From contig JBKJJJ010000034.1 in the NCBI GenBank assembly GCA_046598045.1, forward strand, positions 1 to 30,428: a stretch of DNA of 30,428 bases. The letters are read 5' to 3'. The translations under genes were made by a program, and so were the position numbers. A model generated the notes under the pieces. That model did not search any database. It had not been told where the DNA came from and saw only the letters and a program-made list of their open reading frames with translations. The number at the start of each line of letters is the position of its first letter. Position 1 is the first letter of the stretch. Of this stretch, positions 9,738 through 18,734 are shown piece after piece. Source of the DNA: Candidatus Eiseniibacteriota bacterium (GTDB lineage Bacteria > Eisenbacteria > RBG-16-71-46 > DASYSL01).

Positions 9738-10417
9738 GTCTGCTGCGAGGGTTCCCGGCGCGCCTCGCCTGTCATGGGCACGAACTGCACCGGGATCAGG
9801 TCCTTCGCCTCGAAGTCCCGCTCCGTGCGCGTCCACAGTTGCAGCATCTGCGAGCGCCGGCCGACCGGCAGCACGAGGCGGCCGCCGACCTTGAGCTGGT
9901 CGAGCAGCGTACGCGGCACGTGGTCGGGCGCGGCCGCGACCACGATCGCGTCGAACGGCGCGGACGCGGGCAGCCCGCCATAACCGTCGCCGTGGTGGAC
10001 CGTCACGTCGGTGTAGCCGAGGCGTGCCAGGCGTTCCGCGGCTTCGCGCGCGAGGTCGGCGTGGATCTCGACCGTGTCGACATGCGCCGCGATCTCGGCG
10101 AGCACGGCGGCCTGGTAGCCCGAGCCGGTACCGACCTCGAGCACGTGCTCGCCACCTTCGAGGCGGATCGCCTCGGTCATGAGCGCCACGATGTAAGGTT
10201 GCGAAATCGTCTGATCGCTGCCGATCGGCAGCGGGGCATCGCGGTGCGCCGACGCGAACATGTCATCGGGCACGAATTCGTGCCGCGGCACCGACCGCAT
10301 CGCCGCGAGGACCAGGGGGTCCTTCACGCCGCGCGAGACGATCTGCTCGGCCACCATGCGCCGGCGTTCCTCGGCGAGGCGGTTGGCTTCGGTACGGGAC
10401 AGCAGTTCCAGGGGCAC
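9734..10417 (-). CDS. pcm: Protein-L-isoaspartate(D-aspartate) O-methyltransferase
   Basis: [38 protein letters not shown] and FVPM motifs; GTG at 10417 follows AAGGAAGG RBS. Confidence 0.96.
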   Translation of the reverse strand: MPLELLSRTEANRLAEERRRMVAEQIVSRGVKDPLVLAAMRSVPRHEFVPDDMFASAHRDAPLPIGSDQTISQPYIVALMTEAIRLEGGEHVLEVGTGSGYQAAVLAEIAAHVDTVEIHADLAREAAERLARLGYTDVTVHHGDGYGGLPASAPFDAIVVAAAPDHVPRTLLDQLKVGGRLVLPVGRRSQMLQLWTRTERDFEAKDLIPVQFVPMTGEARREPSQQT

Positions 10418-10587
10418 GAGATCCTTCCTTTGGCGCTTGGCGATCCCCGGACAGCCCACGGCCGACCGGACGACTCCATTATGATGCAAGCCCGGCCGAA
10501 ACGCACCGAGCAGGTTTGCGTCGGGGCGGGGGGCCGGGTAGGATGGCGGCCTTCGTTCCAGGCCGCTGTCCCGTCCAGGAGGTTCCG

Positions 10588-11598
10588 ATGGTCTCCACCC
10601 CGTTCCCTGTTTTCTCCGGCGCGCGCCCACGGGCCGCCCGCCTCGTCCTTCTGGCCGCGGTGGCCGCCCTGGCCTTTGGCTGTTCCTCGGCCCGGCCGGC
10701 GCTGCCCACGAAGCCCCAGGACCGGGCCGTCATGCGCGAGCGCGGCGCCGCCATGATCGATTCGCTGGTGGCAGCCCATGGCGGCATGGAGAACTGGAAC
10801 AAGGTCGTGGAGATGACGTTCCGCGGCACCGACGACTGGCAGAGCCCGCTCGACAAGCTCCTGAACCCGTGGCCGGTCGAGCGCGCCGCGGGGCAGAACA
10901 GCTTCCGCGTGCACTTGAACCTCGGGCGCATCGCGATCGTGACCGACCGCGGGACGCTCACCTACGGCGTCGGCAAGACCGGGCCGTGGGCGCTGCTGCG
11001 CGGCGAGCCCTCGCCCGATCCCAAAGACGAACGCACCGCCAGCTACGTCGTTCCCTGGCACAGCTTCCTCGCCGGCCTGCCGTGGCGCTTCAAGGAGGGG
11101 GGCGCGGTCGCGCACTACCTCGGGCGCGCGCACCGGCGCTACCAGAACACGTCGCTCGAGTTCGACGAGGTCCTCGTGACCTATCCGCCGGAGGCCGACA
11201 CCTGGCCCGACGACTGGTTCATCGTACGCATGGATCCGATCACTCACGAGATGCGCACGGTGACCTACACCACCACGAACCGCGTGCAGGCCCTGTTCGA
11301 GACCACCTGCGAGTTCTCCGACTTCGTGACGGTCGAGGGGCTCAAGATCCCGACCAAGCGCGTGTGCACGGTGTCGTCGCCGTTCGACCGCGAGCTCCAC
11401 ACCTGGCAGCTCGCCGACCTGCGCTTCAACCAGCTCTCGCCTGACAGCTACTTCGAGCGCCAGAGCGCCGGGCAGCCGTTGCCCGCGGCGATCGACAGCT
11501 CCGCCTCCGCCATGGGCGCCGGCGTGGATACGATCAGGGGCAAGGCGGCGACCGCGGTCGACAGCGGGAAGGGCGCGGTGCGCGCCGCCGGGCATTGA
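10588..11598 (+). CDS. Lipoprotein of unknown function (DUF6503/LolA-like beta-rich fold suspected)
   Basis: AGGAGG RBS, lipobox LAFGC, AAHGGMENW N-terminal motif, FSDFVTVEGLKIPT motif. Confidence 0.7.
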   Translation: MVSTPFPVFSGARPRAARLVLLAAVAALAFGCSSARPALPTKPQDRAVMRERGAAMIDSLVAAHGGMENWNKVVEMTFRGTDDWQSPLDKLLNPWPVERAAGQNSFRVHLNLGRIAIVTDRGTLTYGVGKTGPWALLRGEPSPDPKDERTASYVVPWHSFLAGLPWRFKEGGAVAHYLGRAHRRYQNTSLEFDEVLVTYPPEADTWPDDWFIVRMDPITHEMRTVTYTTTNRVQALFETTCEFSDFVTVEGLKIPTKRVCTVSSPFDRELHTWQLADLRFNQLSPDSYFERQSAGQPLPAAIDSSASAMGAGVDTIRGKAATAVDSGKGAVRAAGH

Positions 11599-11771
11599 CC
11601 GGGGCGCGCGAATCAAGGTTGAAGGGAAAAATGAGCGATGGTGTTCGCGGACCGGCATGGCGGACACGGGCGTGGGCGCCGGCTGCAAATTCAGAGCAAA
11701 CAGGCGCCTGAAGTCCCAGGGGGGATGACTTCGCGCTTGTGCGCCTTGGCGCGCCCGCGCAGCATGGCGGC

Positions 11772-12176
11772 ATGGAACCCCGTTCGAATCGCAACGCGCA
11801 GCGCTTCGCCGCCGTCCTCCTGGGCGCTGGCGCACTCTCGATCGCCGGCTTCGTGGTCTTCACCGCGGCCTCCCGCCGCGCCGAAACGCGTGCCCAGGCG
11901 GCCGCGTTCGCCGTCGCCGCGCCCGGCCTCGCGGCCGATGGCAGCCGCGTGGTGCGCCTCGACGTCGAGGGCATGACCTGCCCGGGTTGCGCGAAGAGCG
12001 TGGAGACCGAGTTGCGCAAGGTGTCCGGCGTGACCGCGTGCCGCGTCGATGTCGGGCGGCACCTCGCCGAGGTCCGGCTCGCGAGCGCCGAGGTGACGAA
12101 CGAGACGCTCGTGGCCGCGATCGAGGACGCCGGCTACGAGGCGCGGCCCGAGCCCGCGCCGCCCGCCACGCCCTGA
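11772..12176 (+). CDS. Heavy-metal-associated (HMA) domain protein with N-terminal signal/TM segment
   Basis: VEGMTCPGCAKSVE metal-binding motif and AIEDAGY end of the HMA fold; start uncertain (11739 or 11772). Confidence 0.88.
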   Translation: MEPRSNRNAQRFAAVLLGAGALSIAGFVVFTAASRRAETRAQAAAFAVAAPGLAADGSRVVRLDVEGMTCPGCAKSVETELRKVSGVTACRVDVGRHLAEVRLASAEVTNETLVAAIEDAGYEARPEPAPPATP

Positions 12177-12186
12177 CGCGATCCCG

Positions 12187-13917
12187 CTAGGGCAGCACCT
12201 TCTCCGCCCGCCCGCCGCTGTGATCGAGCACGATCGGCACCGCCTGCGGCGCCGCGAACAGCCGCACCCGGTCCTCGGAGCCCGCGCGCTCGTAGGTCAC
12301 TTCCATTCCGTCGAGCTTGTAGGCCGGCCGCGCGTAGGAGCGCTCCATCGCGTCCTGCAACTGCACCGTGTCGTCGACCGGCAGGCCGTCGACCTCGCGG
12401 ATGCGGTCCCCGGCGCGCACGCCCGCGGACTGCGCGGGGCTGCCCGAGGGCACCGCGAGCAGCTTCGTCGTGCCCGGCTCGAAACGCTCGAGGCCAAACG
12501 TGAGTTCGCGCGTGGGCTGGGATCCCAGCGCGAGGCCCGCTTCCTGGAGGATGCGCACGAACGTCTCCGTCGGCGCGTCGCTCAGGAGCGAGGCCGCGTC
12601 GGCGCCCGCATCGGCGCCGAGCGCGCCCGGCTTCCAGCCCGGGCCGCGCAGGTGCGCAATCAGGAGTTCGCGCATGGTGGCGTGGCGGGGATCGCGCGCG
12701 CTCGCCCGCAGCACCGCCTCGAGCGCGGGCCGGTCGGACAACTGCGCGCGCCACTCCAGCGCCCAGGTCGTGATCGCGCCGCGCGCGTACGAGGCGGTGA
12801 ACGCCTCGACGTCGCCCGCGTAGGCGCGCCCCAGGTCCTCGATCGGCTCGTGCAGCCAGCGATTGCCGGTCAGCGTCGCCCACTGCTCCGCGAGCTCGTC
12901 GCCGGCGTGCGCCTGGTCGAGGTAACCCGCGCGCACGCGCGCGACCAGGCCATAGTAATCGGCGGCGCCCTCGACGAACCAATGGTCCTCGGATCTCGGG
13001 AATGCGAACGCGCCGCCGAGCCAGAAGTGCGCGAGTTCGTGCGCGGTCAGGCGCAGCAGCCCCGGGCTCGAGCCGATGCCCTCGTCGCGGGACAGCCGGA
13101 GGTCGATCGACCGCCCGGTGGCGTTGCCCGCGAACCCGTGCCCGCTGTAGGGATAGTCCACCACCACCGAATAGGGGATCGCCGGCCGGTCCGGTCCGAA
13201 CCGCGCGACGTGCGCCGCGAGCAGGCGCTGGACGACGTCGATCATCTCGCCCTCGCTCGCGCCGCCGATGCGCCGCCGGCCCCACACGATCGGCGGCAGT
13301 TGTCCCGGCACCGCGGGCAGAACACGCACGCCGTAGTCGCCCACCGCGACGTAGGATTGGAGGAGGGTCAGGAACTCGTCGCCGCCGATCGTGATCGACC
13401 CGCGCTGCGCCGCATCCGGGTCGGCGGCGAGGGCCGCGAGCGGCGCGACCACGGCCTGGCCCTCGCCCAGCCGGAAGTCGAGCGTGATCGAGTCGGCGGG
13501 CGAGAGCTCCACGCCCGCGGGTTGCGCGAGCAGCTCGAATCCGCGATAACACGCGAAGCCCACTCCGCCATGCGGGGCCTCGGGCGCGATCGCGCGATAG
13601 GTGAGCGTGTCGGGCGCGCGCTGGTTCGCGCCCTCGGCGTGCACCAGCGCTTCGATACGGCGGCGCGGGCCCGACGGCGGCAGGAGCACGCGCAGGCCGC
13701 GCGCGCCGCGCACCTCGGACACGGTGACTCGCGCGCCCTGTCCGGCGTCCGGCGCGACCACGATTTCGTAGCGCAGCCGAAGACGTCGCGCGCCGGGCAT
13801 GGCCCGGCCGCAGCCGCCGACCAGGATCACGGCGGCAGAACCGGCGAGCGCCACCGCGAGGACGGCCGCCCGCGCCCGGCCGGGGGCCGGGTTGAAGGGG
13901 GGAACGACTGCACGCAT
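12187..13917 (-). CDS. M61/gluzincin-like metallopeptidase with C-terminal PDZ domain, probable lipoprotein
   Basis: HELAH...WFVEGAADYY zinc motif; GSPAQSAGVRAGDRIREVDG PDZ motif; LVGGC lipobox. Start uncertain. Confidence 0.82.
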   Translation of the reverse strand: MRAVVPPFNPAPGRARAAVLAVALAGSAAVILVGGCGRAMPGARRLRLRYEIVVAPDAGQGARVTVSEVRGARGLRVLLPPSGPRRRIEALVHAEGANQRAPDTLTYRAIAPEAPHGGVGFACYRGFELLAQPAGVELSPADSITLDFRLGEGQAVVAPLAALAADPDAAQRGSITIGGDEFLTLLQSYVAVGDYGVRVLPAVPGQLPPIVWGRRRIGGASEGEMIDVVQRLLAAHVARFGPDRPAIPYSVVVDYPYSGHGFAGNATGRSIDLRLSRDEGIGSSPGLLRLTAHELAHFWLGGAFAFPRSEDHWFVEGAADYYGLVARVRAGYLDQAHAGDELAEQWATLTGNRWLHEPIEDLGRAYAGDVEAFTASYARGAITTWALEWRAQLSDRPALEAVLRASARDPRHATMRELLIAHLRGPGWKPGALGADAGADAASLLSDAPTETFVRILQEAGLALGSQPTRELTFGLERFEPGTTKLLAVPSGSPAQSAGVRAGDRIREVDGLPVDDTVQLQDAMERSYARPAYKLDGMEVTYERAGSEDRVRLFAAPQAVPIVLDHSGGRAEKVLP

Positions 13918-13928
13918 CGGGGGAAATT

Positions 13929-14188
13929 GTGACACAGGGCGGGCGCTCGAGCGAGGCCGCGCTCCGCCACGCGGCCCGGCTCAGGCTCGCGGGGCGGTCG
14001 CTGATCGCCACGGCCAGGAACCTCGCGCTCGCCTCGTTCCAGAGGTGGCGGCGGCGCAGAACCTGTTTTGGGTCGGACTGCTGGTGTGCCTTATCCTCTC
14101 GGCTGTGATCCCACTCTTCGGCTGGGTCGTGCTCGTCGCGTTCGCGCTCTACTCGTTTCGCCAGCTCCGCCACGGGGGGCCGGCTTGA
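13929..14188 (+). pseudogene. Small membrane protein, apparently frameshifted near 14040
   Basis: GTG 13929 frame reads MTQGGRSSEAALRHAARLRLAGRSLIATARNLALASFQ; a different frame then gives EVAAAQNLFWVGLLVCLILSAVIPLFGWVVLVAFALYSF (two TM segments) ending at a TGA that overlaps the next start. Confidence 0.4.
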
Positions 14189-15276
14189 GCGCTCGGTCGA
14201 TCGGTGTCCTCCTGCTCACGCTCGCTGCGGCCTCGAGCGCCCGGGCGCAGGAGCCGCCGGCGTCCATCCCGGCGACCGGCGGAACGGTGCGCCTCGAGCG
14301 GGGACCGGCGCGGTCGCAGCCGAGATTCGTGCAGCGGACCGACCTCGGCGACTCGGTGTACGTGCTCTCGGCCGGCACGGCGAACGTCGTCGCCTGCCTG
14401 ACCGACAGCGGCTGGATCCTGGTCGACACCGGCACGCGCGCCGAGGCCGCCGCGATTCGCGAGGAAATCCGGCGCATCGCCCAGCGTCCGTTCCGGCTCG
14501 TGATCGACACCCACTTCCACGACGACCACGCGGGCGGCAACGCGCTCTACCTCGGCATGGGCGTCCCCGTGCTCGCGACCGCGCGTACGCGGGCACTGGC
14601 GCGGACGCGCGCCGCGCGCATCAAGCGCGGCGCTCCGAAGGAGATCGCGCGCCTCGAAGCCTACGAGGCGACACTTCCGGACATGCCGGAGTACGCGCGC
14701 GCGCGCGGCTTCCTCGATTTCTTCGCGGACTGGTGGCGCGAGGCGCTCGAGGACGTGCGCCACGATCCGGCCGGGCTCGTGCCGCCCGACCGTGGGTTTC
14801 GCGGGCACCGGACGCTGGCCATCGCGGGGACCACGGTCGAGTTACGCGAGATCGCCGGCGCCGCGCACACGGGGGGCGACTGTGTCGTGCTGTTCCCGCA
14901 GCGCAAGGTGGCGGCGGTCGGCGACCTGTTCGCCAAGGGGAGCGCCCCGTGGGCGGACCAGTTCATGGGCGACGGCTCGCTCGAGGGCGTGCTCGGGGCG
15001 CAGGACTCGCTGCTCGCCTGGATCCCCGCCGGTTCGACGTGGAGCGTCGTGCCGGGCCACGGGCCGGTCGGGCATCGCGGGGACGTGGCTTCCAGCCGCG
15101 CTGCACTCGGCGAGCTCGAGGAGTGCGTGAAGCGGGCGAAGACGCTCGGGCGCAAGCGGGGCGCGATCGCGGAGGATTGCGAAGGGGCGGGGTTCGGCAA
15201 GGACCAGGGCGACTACGCGGCGTGGCTGCTGCTCGAGGACTGGGCGCGTGCGCGCCCACGCCCGCGGCGCCGTTGA
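14185..15276 (+). CDS. Secreted MBL-fold metallo-hydrolase
   Basis: TTG start plus signal peptide (…AAASSARAQ); LVDTG, THFHDDHAGGN, AHTGGD, GDL and PGHG motifs. Confidence 0.88.
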   Translation: MSARSIGVLLLTLAAASSARAQEPPASIPATGGTVRLERGPARSQPRFVQRTDLGDSVYVLSAGTANVVACLTDSGWILVDTGTRAEAAAIREEIRRIAQRPFRLVIDTHFHDDHAGGNALYLGMGVPVLATARTRALARTRAARIKRGAPKEIARLEAYEATLPDMPEYARARGFLDFFADWWREALEDVRHDPAGLVPPDRGFRGHRTLAIAGTTVELREIAGAAHTGGDCVVLFPQRKVAAVGDLFAKGSAPWADQFMGDGSLEGVLGAQDSLLAWIPAGSTWSVVPGHGPVGHRGDVASSRAALGELEECVKRAKTLGRKRGAIAEDCEGAGFGKDQGDYAAWLLLEDWARARPRPRRR

Positions 15277-15312
15277 CAAATCGCTTACAAATGAATGACC
15301 GCTGCGTGACAC
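15273..15312. promoter_or_regulatory. Tandem direct-repeat array, OmpR/PhoB-type operator
   Basis: TGACA (15274), TTACA (15285), TGACC (15296) and TGACA (15307) at exact 11-bp spacing in an AT-rich patch upstream of a two-component locus. Confidence 0.65.
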
Positions 15313-15440
15313 GGAAAGGCGCTTGGGAGACGATCATTCGGTTGGACGGGAACGCGCGCCATGGGCGTGTGCGCGACCCCGGCGCACACGTGTGGCTCAC
15401 GACATCGCGGCAGGACACCAGGATCGGGAGGGCGAACACG

Positions 15441-15941
15441 ATGCCCAGCAGGTGGCGGCTCGGAATCGCGGTGATCGCATGCGTGACGCTCGCCGGCGCC
15501 ATGGCGCCGCGGGCGCACGCGGGCAATCCCACCGAGTGCGAGAAGAAAGCCGCGCTGCGCGTCAGCCACGATTGTGTCTCCTGTGATGCCTCCGTCACCT
15601 GCCTCGAGCGCGTCACCGCCGCCGGTGGCGCCGCCGAGATCATCCCGATCGGCCATGGCCTCATGGTCATCTACAGCACCCCGATGAGCCGCCGCGTGCC
15701 CGAGGTCCAGAACGCGGCGCTCGAGCGCTGGGACGTCATGGACAAGATCATCGCCGGCCAGGCCGAGGGCCACCTCTGCGCTTCGTGTTGCGCCGCGCGC
15801 ACGCTGCTGATGCGCGCCGACCGGCAGGTCTATCGCACCTCGACGGGCGTGGTGGCGATGATCACCAGCGAGGACTTCTCGATCGTGTCCGAGCTCCACC
15901 GCATGGCCCCCAAGCGCCGCGTCGTCACGCCGGAACCCTGA
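15441..15941 (+). CDS. Secreted Cys-rich protein with two HxCxxC half-repeats
   Basis: GGGAGG RBS, signal peptide ending AHA, HDCVSC and HLCASCC motifs. Confidence 0.75.
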   Translation: MPSRWRLGIAVIACVTLAGAMAPRAHAGNPTECEKKAALRVSHDCVSCDASVTCLERVTAAGGAAEIIPIGHGLMVIYSTPMSRRVPEVQNAALERWDVMDKIIAGQAEGHLCASCCAARTLLMRADRQVYRTSTGVVAMITSEDFSIVSELHRMAPKRRVVTPEP

Positions 15942-16011
15942 TCCGCCTCTCCCGCCCCCGCCCTGCGGACCGTGGCCGCCGGGCCCGCCGGGTGGTAGCC
16001 TCCACGGGCTC

Positions 16012-17868
16012 ATGATCAAGCGCCGTCTCACCCCGCTCCTCAATCGCGCCCTGCCGTCGACGCGCCGCCGCCTGGTCGCGCTGGCGGTGCTTGGCGTCGG
16101 CGTCCCGCTCCTGTTCCTCGCGGGGCTCGGAATCTTTCAGACCAGCCACATCGCGAGCTTCCTCAAGGAGACCACGCTCGAGTACGGCGAGTACGCCGCG
16201 CTGCTGGTCTCCAACGCGCTGCAGAGCGAGGTCGAGCGCCGCGCGAACGCCGCGGCCTCGACCGCGCGGCAGGCCGCCGGGTGGGGCGGCGCGTCGCCGC
16301 AGTTCCTCGCGCTCCTGCAAACCGACGATCCGCTGCTCAAGGACCCGTTCCTCACGCCGGTCGAGACCGTGCACTCGCGCCTCGAGGGCGTGATGATCGA
16401 GAACGCGCCCGGGGTGTGGGATGTGCTCGACGCGCCGGGCGGAGCGGCCACGCCCAGGGGCCGCGGGATGGAAGGCCCGGGCGGCGCGCTCGGGCTCCTG
16501 CCCGAGGGCGCGGTGCTGGGCACGCGCGAGCGCAAGCGCGAGGTGCCCGGTCCGTCGGATTCGACGATCGTCTCCGTGCCCGTGGCGCGCGCGGGGCGCA
16601 CCGGCCTCGACGACCGCGTGCAGTTTCCCGCGTGGTTCTGGCGCCGCCTGATCGCGAGCTCGAGCGACACCATGGTCGTGCTGCCGCCCAATGCGGTGAG
16701 CCCGGGCTCGTCGGCGTACGTCGTGTTTCCGGTGATCGGCTTTCCGGGACGCGTGGTCGCGGTCGCGGGCTGGCGCTTCGATCCGGAGGGGCTCAAGCAC
16801 AAGCACCTGCACGAAATCGTCGAGCGCGAGGTCTACCGCGACTCCCGCGTGTTCCGCGGTGACGTCATGAGCAAGAGCCTCGCGATCCTGCTCTACGACC
16901 CGGCGGGGGTCGAGGTTTTCCGCTCGCGCGAGGTCGGCAGCTCGAGCACGCGCGTCGTGCGCGAGATCGGCGGCCTGCTGCCCGGCTGGCGCGTGGTCGC
17001 GACGCCGAGCAAGGCCAACGCCTACGTCACGATCCAGCGCTTCATCACCGGCGAGTACGGGCTCGTGGTGGTGTTGCTCGCGCTCTCGCTGGCCGCGCTT
17101 TCGCTCGGGCTCCGCCTCGCCATGCGCGAGGTCGAGGTCGCCGAGCTCAAGTCGGGCTTCCTCGCGAACGTGACGCACGAGCTCAAGACGCCGCTCGCCA
17201 TGATCCGCATGGCGAGCGAGACGCTCGAGCTCGGGCGCGTGCGCAACGAGGACGACTCGAAGCGCTTCCTCGCGACCATCTCGCGCGAATGCCGGCGGCT
17301 GACGCACATGATCAACAACGTGCTCGACTTCGCGAAGATCGAGGAGGGAAAGCGCGAGTTCTTCTTCGCGTCCACGGACGTGGGCCGGCTCGTGCGCGAC
17401 ACCGTCGAGATCTTCGAGCCGCAGCTCAAGCAGGGCACGTTCGAGGTCCAGGTCGACGTCCCGGCCGACTTGCCGCGCGTCCAAGCCGACGGTCAGGCGA
17501 TCACGCAGTGCTTGATCAACCTGGTCGACAACGCGATCAAGTATTCGCGGGACACCAAGCAGATCGCGATCAGGGCGTCGTCCAACGGCGACGGGCGGGT
17601 GCGGGTGGCGGTGTCGGACAAGGGCATCGGAGTCGCCGCGCGGGACTCCGAGCGCATTTTCGAGAAGTTCACCCGCGCGGACACGGGGCTGGTGCACAAT
17701 GTCAAGGGTTCGGGCCTGGGTCTTGCCCTGGTCCGCCACATCGCGCGCGCGCACGGCGGCGACGTGGAACTGACGAGCGTTCCGGGCGAGGGCAGCACGT
17801 TCACCCTCGTCCTGCCGCTCCAACAAGAAGGTCGCGAGGAGGAGAACGGATGGCAGCGCGAATCCTGA
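16012..17868 (+). CDS. Membrane sensor histidine kinase (HisKA + HATPase)
   Basis: Two TM segments; H-box VTHELKTPL, N-box NLVDNAIKYS, G1 DKGIG, F-box IFEKF, G2 GSGLGL. Confidence 0.96.
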   Translation: MIKRRLTPLLNRALPSTRRRLVALAVLGVGVPLLFLAGLGIFQTSHIASFLKETTLEYGEYAALLVSNALQSEVERRANAAASTARQAAGWGGASPQFLALLQTDDPLLKDPFLTPVETVHSRLEGVMIENAPGVWDVLDAPGGAATPRGRGMEGPGGALGLLPEGAVLGTRERKREVPGPSDSTIVSVPVARAGRTGLDDRVQFPAWFWRRLIASSSDTMVVLPPNAVSPGSSAYVVFPVIGFPGRVVAVAGWRFDPEGLKHKHLHEIVEREVYRDSRVFRGDVMSKSLAILLYDPAGVEVFRSREVGSSSTRVVREIGGLLPGWRVVATPSKANAYVTIQRFITGEYGLVVVLLALSLAALSLGLRLAMREVEVAELKSGFLANVTHELKTPLAMIRMASETLELGRVRNEDDSKRFLATISRECRRLTHMINNVLDFAKIEEGKREFFFASTDVGRLVRDTVEIFEPQLKQGTFEVQVDVPADLPRVQADGQAITQCLINLVDNAIKYSRDTKQIAIRASSNGDGRVRVAVSDKGIGVAARDSERIFEKFTRADTGLVHNVKGSGLGLALVRHIARAHGGDVELTSVPGEGSTFTLVLPLQQEGREEENGWQRES

Positions 17869-18551
17869 TCGTCGAGGACGAGCCGGGCCTGCTCGAAGGC
17901 CTGCAGCACAACTTCCAGTTCGAGGGCTACGAGGTGATCACGGCCGCGAACGGAAAAGACGGCCTCAAGGCGGCGCTCAAGGACAAGCCCGACCTGGTCG
18001 TGCTCGACCTGATGCTGCCGGAGAAGTCCGGCTTCGATGTGCTCAAGGAATTTCGCGAGCGCAACGCCGCCACCCCCGTGCTGATCCTGACCGCACGCAA
18101 TTTCGAGGCGGACATCGTCAAGGGCTTCGACCTCGGCGCCGACGACTACGTCACCAAGCCGTTCAGCGTCGTCGAGCTGCTCGCGCGCGTGCGGGCGCTG
18201 CTCAAGCGCGCCCCGCAGGCCGACGAGTCCGGCACCCAGACGCCCGGCACGCTCACGTTCGGCGACGTGGTGGTGGACCTGACCAATCGCGAGGTCAAGA
18301 AGGACGGCGGGCTGATCCCGCTCTCGTTCAAGGAATTCGAGCTGCTCAAGTACCTCGCGCTGAGGCGCGGCCGGACGATCTCGCGCGACGAGCTGCTGGA
18401 GGAGATCTGGGGTGTGGACGTCGAGGCGGGCGTGACCACGCGTACGGTCGACACCCACATCGCGAACATCCGCGGCAAGCTTTCCGGCGGCGAGCTCGAC
18501 CGCCCGTTCATCGTCACCGTGCACAAGGTGGGCTACAAGTTCGTGGGGTAG
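17850..18551 (+). CDS. OmpR/PhoB-family response regulator
   Basis: ILIVEDE, LDLMLP, GADDYVTKPF and winged-helix RTVDTHIANIRGKL...VGYKF; GGAGGAG RBS inside the kinase 3' end. Confidence 0.96.
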   Translation: MAARILIVEDEPGLLEGLQHNFQFEGYEVITAANGKDGLKAALKDKPDLVVLDLMLPEKSGFDVLKEFRERNAATPVLILTARNFEADIVKGFDLGADDYVTKPFSVVELLARVRALLKRAPQADESGTQTPGTLTFGDVVVDLTNREVKKDGGLIPLSFKEFELLKYLALRRGRTISRDELLEEIWGVDVEAGVTTRTVDTHIANIRGKLSGGELDRPFIVTVHKVGYKFVG

Positions 18552-18559
18552 GCTGAGGC

Positions 18560-18708
18560 AGGAAAAGCAGGAGGGGCCGTGTTCCGCCACGCGCACCTCA
18601 GGCTCCCCCCGTCAGTGTTACGCGCGGCCTCGCACAAGCCCCTCACTGTGCTTCGCCTTCTATTCGGTTCCGCCCTGCCCTGTGCGGCGCCTGCGAGCGG
18701 TGTTCGAG
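18560..18708 (-). ncRNA. Candidate small RNA (family not recognised)
   Basis: About 150 nt with no convincing ORF, lying between the sigma54-like promoter and an imperfect GC-rich stem followed by TGCTTTTCC. Confidence 0.3.
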
Positions 18709-18717
18709 TTCCTGTCA

Positions 18718-18734
18718 TTGCACGCCGCATGCCA
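18718..18734 (-). promoter_or_regulatory. Candidate sigma54 (-24/-12) promoter
   Basis: Minus strand reads TGGCATGCGGCGTGCAA, with GG and GC at the canonical spacing of TGGCACG-N4-TTGC. Confidence 0.55.

Noticed and set aside
14185..15276. Possible metallo-beta-lactamase resistance gene
   Set aside because: The HxHxDH motif is shared by the whole MBL superfamily; nothing specific supports beta-lactamase activity.
15273..15301. Perfect TTGACA as a sigma70 -35
   Set aside because: No acceptable -10 at 16-18 bp spacing; better explained as the first unit of the repeat array.
15441..15941. Possible c-type cytochrome
   Set aside because: The CxxC motifs are followed by D and C, not H.
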